NCBI GenBank assembly: GCA_963724295.1
Contig: CAVRUC010000008.1
Location: forward strand, 96,001 to 160,000
Length of the DNA: 64,000 nucleotides
Source of the DNA: an uncultured Chloroflexia bacterium
GTDB taxonomy: Bacteria > Chloroflexota > Chloroflexia > Thermomicrobiales > UBA6265
Direction: 5' to 3'
Positions 61,485 to 64,000 of this stretch are shown here, one piece after another. The notes under the pieces were generated by a model. That model searched no databases. It had not been told where the DNA came from and was given only the letters and a program-made list of their open reading frames with translations. How positions within the stretch are numbered: the stretch's first letter is position 1; each line of letters begins with the position of its first letter. Position numbers and translations under genes: made by a program.

Positions 61485-62553
61485 TCACCCGAACACAACC
61501 CGCTCCGCGTTCTCTGCGTAGACCTTGCGCAAGACGTCGTCCGGCAGGTCGAGGCCGTAGATTTGCCAGCGTCCGGCACCGGGCGGCTGGCGAAGGCCGT
61601 AGTTGAAATACTCGTCCCGCGTTTCCAGAAAGCGATAGTAGATGCGGTACACCTCCGGGTTCGGCTCGTTGTCCGTGCCGAACAGGATGCGGTCCGCATG
61701 CTTGATGAAGAAATCACGGGCCGTGTAGGGCTGCCGGCCCAGTTCGGCGATGCGTGCGCTGATGTCGGCGTAGAAGTTCGGACAGGCATCCATGACCCGG
61801 CCGACCCAGCCGAGATTTTCGGCGTAGCAGCCGACGTGCGCGCCGATGAAGTCTGTGCCGGGATGCCGCCGCAGCAGACTCTCGAACTGCTCCATGATCT
61901 CGTCGAACGACGGAAAGTCGGGATGGCTGAGGTCACCCTTTGGCCGCGTCGGGTAGAAGTGCCAGTCCGGGTTTTCGTGGAGCTCCTCCCAGCGCTCGTT
62001 GAAGCGGTCGAGCGGCGTAAAGAAGGCGACCGGGTCGGCGATGTGAATCAGGACCGGCACGTCGAGCTCAGCCGCCGCCGCCCAGAGCGGATCGAGCCGG
62101 GGATCGTCGACCGGGATGAGCTTCCCCTCGGTATCGCGCAGGCGCAGCCCAAGCCTCTTCCAGACCTTCAAGCCGCGCGCGCCGAGGGCCACCGACTCGC
62201 GCAGGCGCTTCGCCTCCGTCTCGCCAAAACTGGGGTCGGTAGCGAAATTGTCGTAGTCGATCCCGGAGAAGACGGCGAAGCGGTCTGGATAGGGCTCCTG
62301 ATAGCGGGCAAGCTCGGCGCGCAGACGGTCGCCCCATCTGCCATCGAGATCAACCATGGCGCGCACGCCAGCCTCATCCATCGTGGCGATAAGGTTGTCG
62401 ACCGGCTGGGTCAGGAAGTCGTCGCTCCAGGTGAGGAACGCGTCGCCGAGGTGATTGTGGGCGTCGATCGACCGGAAAGCGCGGTTTGGTTACCTCATGG
62501 GCTTCCGTCCGCAGCATCGGCCGCGGGACGAAGTCGCGCAGCGAGAGGTCCAT
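61485..62553 (-). CDS. Amidohydrolase-2 family protein; frameshift near 62470
   Basis: PRFPV then IDAHNHL across the shift; GLKVWK, HIADP, AH.G, LFGTD. Confidence 0.85.
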
Positions 62554-62554
62554 C

Positions 62555-63388
62555 TCACTTGAGCCCACTGAGCGTGATCCCTTCTACGAGTTGTCGCTGG
62601 AAGACCAGAAAGAGGATCAAGATCGGGAAGGTCGCCATGTTGGCTGCGGCCAGCAGGAGCGCATTGTTGGAGAAGTACTGCCCTTGCAGGAGCGCGATGC
62701 CGACCGACAGGACCTGCATGTCCGTCTGGTTCGACACGATAAGCGCCCAGAGGAACTCGTTCCACGACCAGAGCGCAACCAGGAAGCCAAAGGCGGCCAG
62801 CGCAGGCCGCGCCAGGGGGAGGTAAATCTGCCAGTAGATCTGAAAGGGATTGGCCCCGTCGATGGTCGCGGCTTCCTGATAGTCGGCCGGGAGCGAGAGA
62901 AAGTATTGCCGGATGAGGAAGGTGCCAAAGGCGCTGACGAGAAGCGGGACGATTAACCCCTGGTAGGTATCGATCCAACCGAACTGCCGCATCAGGATGT
63001 AGCGGGGAATGATCAGCACCTGCTCCGGCACCATCATCGCGGCCAGCAGGAAGAGAAAGATCACATCCCGGCCTGGAAAGCGCAGCCGCGAGAAAGCGAA
63101 GGCGGCCATCGAGGCCAGGAAAACCTGGCCAATGACCCGCGCTATCGTCACGACGATGGTGTTCGCATAAAAGCGGGCGAACGGCACCAACTCCAGGACG
63201 TCGGTGTAGTTCTGCCAGTAGATCTCGCTGGGGATCAGGTTCGGCGTGACCTGGAAGAGGTCTTTCAGCGGCTTGAGCGAGGTGGAGATCGACCAGACGA
63301 AGGGCAGCAGGAAGATGATACCGATCGTCAGCAAGGCTCCATGCAGGAGGATGCGCGAGAGCGCGAAGCGGACGGTAAGACCGTTCAT
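62555..63388 (-). CDS. Carbohydrate ABC transporter permease
   Basis: EAATIDGA EAA loop, WNEFLW, FQRQLVEG. Confidence 0.93.
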   Translation of the reverse strand: MNGLTVRFALSRILLHGALLTIGIIFLLPFVWSISTSLKPLKDLFQVTPNLIPSEIYWQNYTDVLELVPFARFYANTIVVTIARVIGQVFLASMAAFAFSRLRFPGRDVIFLFLLAAMMVPEQVLIIPRYILMRQFGWIDTYQGLIVPLLVSAFGTFLIRQYFLSLPADYQEAATIDGANPFQIYWQIYLPLARPALAAFGFLVALWSWNEFLWALIVSNQTDMQVLSVGIALLQGQYFSNNALLLAAANMATFPILILFLVFQRQLVEGITLSGLK

Positions 63389-64000
63389 CCGTAATGCACC
63401 CAGCGCCGTTGCAGCCGGAACTGCAGCAGCGTGAAGACGAGAATGATCAGCAGGAGAACCCAGGCTACGGTGGTGGCGTAACCCATGTTGAACTTCTGGA
63501 ACCCTTCCTCGTAGATGTAGTAGACGATGGTGGGAAAGCGATTGGTGCTGCTCCCAACACGAGTCATGACGTAGACCAGGTCAAACACCTGCAGCGAGCC
63601 GACGATGGCCACCACCATCAGGAAGAACGTCGTCGGCGTCAGCATCGGCAGGGTGATGTCACGAAACTGCCGCCAGCCGCCCGCGCCGTCGATCTGCGCG
63701 GCCTCGTAATACTCCCGCGGGATGCCCTGCAATCCGGCCAGGTAGATCACCATGTCGTAGCCGACGCCGCTCCAAAGGAGGACGATCACCACGGCGATGA
63801 GGGCCGTTTCGGGATGGTTCAGCCACTCGGGTTGGGGCAAACCGAAGCGTCCCAGGGCAATGTTGATCGGCCCGAAGCTGGGATCGAAGAGCCACTTCCA
63901 GATCGTGCCCACCGCCACCGGCATGGTGAGCACCGGCAGGAAGAAAATGGTGCGGTAGAACGCGCGGAAGCGGATCTGGGAGTTGAGGGCCAGGGCAATA
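63385..64000 (-). CDS. Sugar ABC transporter permease (partial, 5' end outside window)
   Basis: YRTIFFLP, YLAGLQGIP..YYEAAQIDGA, MGYA. Confidence 0.92.
   Translation of the reverse strand, partial: IALALNSQIRFRAFYRTIFFLPVLTMPVAVGTIWKWLFDPSFGPINIALGRFGLPQPEWLNHPETALIAVVIVLLWSGVGYDMVIYLAGLQGIPREYYEAAQIDGAGGWRQFRDITLPMLTPTTFFLMVVAIVGSLQVFDLVYVMTRVGSSTNRFPTIVYYIYEEGFQKFNMGYATTVAWVLLLIILVFTLLQFRLQRRWVHYG

Overview
High-GC bacterial DNA. Its protein families suggest Chloroflexota (Thermomicrobiales-like): AQDATP-type signal peptides, MDxxxFDxLxR-type Tat leaders and large STAND/TPR regulators. This assignment is an inference. The left part holds housekeeping and metabolic genes: amidase, a DUF4160/DUF2442-type TA pair, mreB, a DnaQ-DinB fusion, adenosine deaminase, LLM oxidoreductases, MarR-P450, and a peptide ABC-solA-M20 operon. 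An 11-gene heptose-nucleotide/glycosyltransferase operon lies at 24.5-35.4 kb. An accessory region at about 35.4-58.8 kb encodes secreted proteins, an HTTM protein, a PAS two-component system, two STAND-TPR paralogues and three radC remnants. A sugar ABC/GH4 operon closes the window. The best find is missed by the ORF track: a DCC1/DUF393 thiol-disulfide oxidoreductase gene at 37425-37790 in which both cysteines of the DxxCxxC motif are in-frame TGA codons, followed by a perfect SECIS-like hairpin. It is a candidate UxxU (double-selenocysteine) selenoprotein, lying next to an HTTM membrane protein. Other hidden signals are a candidate ~81-nt sRNA with C-rich anti-SD loops (6731-6811, minus strand), sigma-54-type promoters before both LPXTG-like surface protein genes, 11-bp phased direct repeats before the heptose operon, and a stand-alone DHp-like mini-protein. 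At least seven genes carry small-indel frameshifts, probably long-read assembly errors.
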